Notes under the pieces: model-generated
Seen by the model: the letters and a program-made list of their open reading frames with translations, nothing else
Databases searched by the model: none
What the model was told of the DNA's origin: nothing
Position numbers and translations under genes: made by a program
Part shown: one piece after another, positions 8,162-11,282 of the stretch
Numbering within the stretch: the stretch's first letter is position 1
Layout of the letters: each line of letters opens with the position of its first letter
Source: Azolla caroliniana
Lineage: Eukaryota > Plantae > Polypodiophyta
Direction: 5' to 3'
DNA: 11,282 bases
NCBI GenBank assembly: GCA_043228905.1
Contig: JBHGNT010001172.1
Coordinates: 1-11,282 of the forward strand

Positions 8162-9056
8162 TCATAACCCTCCTCTGTAGTTTATTGAACATACCGCCTG
8201 TATGCCACTTAAGCTGTATTAATTTCATCAGTAAGTTAATCAGCACATTGAACTTTGAGTATGTCTATCAGCAGTTTCCCTCATAGCATTGAGGGTCTAG
8301 CAAGAATTTGAAGCATATTTGGTTCATGATGTCAATAATACAGTGTAAGACTCCAAAACCTTCTGTGAAAAATGGCCATCTTCTTCTGACAGAACAGTGA
8401 CCTATGTGATGTTCCTTTGTCTCAGCTTCTGAATTTTTTCCTTTTCCTTGTTTATAGATAAAAGAGTACTCTACATGAACATAATAATGACTAAGTTGAT
8501 GGAATCTAGGCTCATTTTTTTATAGCCAGATGCATCAAAAGCTTAATGTTTTAATTCCCTAAATGTAGGCTTTATAATAAACTTGCCACACATCTACGGA
8601 TAATTTACTGTTTTTTAGAGAGAAGGTGCAAATAGGCAAAAATAGATGTATAGGTTTAACTTGTAAGAGAAGTAGAAACCAGCATGGTACAACTCTAAAT
8701 AAAGTCACTTTTGCATGAGCATTTGTTAGTGACAGGTTATAACTAATGCTATTGAGATATTGCTTGCTTGCTTTTTTGAGTGCTCCATTGGAAGACAGTT
8801 TGCAATAGAAAAGTAAGCAGTTTTCCTTGTCATTGATGTTATTGGTATTGATTGATTAAATTTTCTTCAGTTCAATGACCATGGTTTTTAGGGAGGCTGC
8901 AGGCACAAGTTCTCTTTTATCAGGTGTCTATATAATGTGAATATAAAACAAATTTGATGGAGATTTTAAAATTTCCACTTCGAGCATGAAACATTAATGA
9001 TCGTTGCTTTTCAGCATAGTTGCATGAAAAAAGGAGATTGCATTCATAGTTGTTTT

Positions 9057-11240
9057 TGGCTACAATTTGGGAAGGGCCAAGATCATGATGGATTGGTAGG
9101 TGAGCACTTTATCTATGCCCGTGACACCTTGCTCCCATTGCTAGCACACATCTTTAATAGAGCCATGTGGGAAGGTTTCCCTACTAGATGGACTCAGCAT
9201 ACCATTGTGCCAATCCTCAAGAGTGGAGACCCCATGATGCCAAGCAACTATAGGACAATCATGATTGGCCATTACTTAGCTAAACTATATGGGTCGATTC
9301 TAGAATCAGAATTGAGTATATGGGCAGAGCAGAATGGCTGCCGTTCAGTTGGATAGGCAGGCTTTCGGAAGGGGTTCACAACTTTAGATCACATATTCAC
9401 CCTCCGGGCCCTTATTGAGGAGGGCAGAGCCCACAATAAGAGGATTTATTGCTGCTTTGTGGATTTTCGAAAAGCCTTTGACACTGTGCCATGTGCATGG
9501 CTTATGCAGCAGCTAGAAGCCCTTGGTGTTCCTATAGATATGCAATGGGGAATCTATGCACTCTATGAATCCGTGTCAGGAAAAGTGTTGTCTTCTAGGG
9601 GCTTGTCAGAGGTTGTGGCTAGAACAATTGCAGTAAAGCAAGGATGCCCACTATCCCCCACTCTCTTCGGTCTCTATATAGATGAGGTATCACATTACAT
9701 AGAGAGATTCGGGGGTTCCGGAGCACACCTAGCAGGTATAGCTATACAAATATTACTATATGCTGATGAGATTGTGCTGATTTCTGACTCTCCGGAGGGA
9801 CTACAAAGACATCTAAATGCCTTAAAACTATTTTGTACGGACAAAGGTTTGTCAATCAACATGGACAAAACTAAAGTGATGGTGTTTAACACCACTCAAG
9901 CATGGGTAACGAGATCAGAACCAGAATTCTTCTTGGGGAAGGAAAAGGTGGAATACACACACTCCTACACATACCTAGAAGTAACATTTATAGGACCTAG
10001 GTTCTCCTTACAGGAGGCTGCTTGTGCCCGACTTTCTCGGGGATATGCAGCCCTTGGTGCTCTTGAGAGACAATGTGAACATTTGCAGTTCCAAGAGCCG
10101 CGGACTAAGCTATGGTTATTTGATACACTTGTCACACCACCTCTTCTCTATGGAGTAGAAAATTGGGGACCGAGTCTTAACAAGGAAAATCATTGGAAAG
10201 ATTTAGAGAGACCTTTAGTGTCAATGATTGCTCACATGATAAGGAGCAAAGCATCTGTGCCCCACGATATAATCCGGGCAGAGATGGGAGCAGCACCTAT
10301 AATAACCGAGGCATTGTTCTGATCAGTGACATTTATCCAACGTCTTTGGGAGCTCCCTAAACGAAGGTACCCAAGGTTGGCACTTATGTCATCAAGACAA
10401 CTGGCTGAAAATAGAGACACTCACTGTTGGTATGCTGAAATGTAGCAATGGTTCGAGTCACATGGCATGAGTATAAATGCACTACCCCCGTTCCAATATA
10501 GCTTGGATTGTCCCCATCTAAATATGACCACTAGACCACTATAAGACACACTTCTTACATACATCGGAGGATGGATTCGTCATCAAGCCACCTTATATTG
10601 ACATACATCTATCCTATGCGCTACGTAGTGTGATAGGGCAGTTGCGAACTTCATCAGATCAGCTATAGATTGAGGTAGGTAGATATACACGACTACCTCT
10701 AGAAGAGAGAATTTGCCGATTGTGTCATCAAGGAGTGGAATTTGAGGAACACTATGTTTGTCATTGTAGTGTCTTTTATGAAATTAGAGGGAGATACCAT
10801 TGCCTCTTTAAACAAGGCTTTGGCCCACTACGCAAGGTAATGGAATATGAGGGCCAACGATGCCTAGGACTTTTCTTGCTAGAGCTCAAGAGACATCGGG
10901 AAAAGTTGTTGAAGAATACAGCCACACAAACTCATCCACAAAGAACAATCACAACTTTCTTTAGCCTATCACTCCTACTAATCCTACAAGTCCATCACGG
11001 GATACACAAATGGGCTCCAGGCCAAGACATAACAAAGGGGTTACAATTGATCGGGCTATAGCAATTTGCCGTGCACGTAGGCTCCGGCCCCATGGACCAC
11101 GACCTCGACACCCTTGTCATCGACAAATAAAAGCCATTATCTCCCGCCATCGTAGGTGCTTCCCTCGCTTCGGAGGCATTTCCATTCTGGACCAATCTAT
11201 GCTAGAGATCTTTCGAAGACAAAAGCTACAATATACCTAA
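9057..11240 (+). pseudogene. LINE ORF2 remnant (RT + CCHC zinc knuckle + C-terminal tail)
   Basis: In-frame stops at 9354, 10320, 10443 and 10666; frameshifts near 10530 and about 10966; catalytic YADD changed to YADE (9759-9770); zinc knuckle at 10714-10767; terminal TAA 11238-11240. Confidence 0.88.
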
Positions 11241-11282
11241 CTTGAGAATCTCACATGTGCCAAAAACCAGATTCCCTCGTTT
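9057..11282 (+). mobile_element. 5'-truncated non-LTR retrotransposon (LINE, RTE-X-like), decayed, sense orientation in an MRE11 intron; 3' end beyond the window
   Basis: Non-LTR RT motifs GK..D.DG, KSGD..PSNYR.I, G(Q)AGFR, VDFRKAFD, KQGCPLSPTLF, YADE and KTKVM, and a C-terminal IEVGRY...CRLC-x8-H-x4-C. No endonuclease domain upstream. The 5' boundary is approximate and the clade call is from motif recall. Confidence 0.9.

Noticed and set aside
8997-9056. ATG at 8997 as the LINE ORF start
   Set aside because: The first ~20 codons have no RT similarity and look like flanking intron fused to a 5'-truncated element.
9695-11195. - strand ORFs 9695-9895, 10232-10420 and 10995-11195
   Set aside because: Antisense shadows of LINE ORF2.

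Overview
Eukaryotic (land-plant-type) nuclear DNA. The + strand carries seven internal coding exons of MRE11 (142-299, 383-473, 572-691, 7052-7120, 7286-7377, 7459-7561, 7648-7755). They splice to 741 nt / 247 stop-free codons with phosphoesterase motifs II-V, and one intron is GC-AG. The 6.36-kb intron 692-7051 holds a 3-unit degenerate tandem repeat and a young but coding-dead Ty1/copia (Tnt1/Tork-like) LTR retrotransposon on the - strand (1730-6526). The most unusual structure is how this element is inserted. It is flanked by a 232-bp direct duplication of host intron (1501-1732 = 6527-6758, one mismatch) instead of a 5-bp TSD. One end is clean; the other is truncated and joined through a 3-nt microhomology, and the U5 end lacks the canonical CA. 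This fits a one-ended integration completed by host repair (inference). The last intron (7756 to window end) contains a candidate box C/D snoRNA-like element and a 5'-truncated, decayed RTE-X-like LINE. The LINE's C-terminal tail has a consensus PCNA-binding PIP box followed by an Arg-rich extension.
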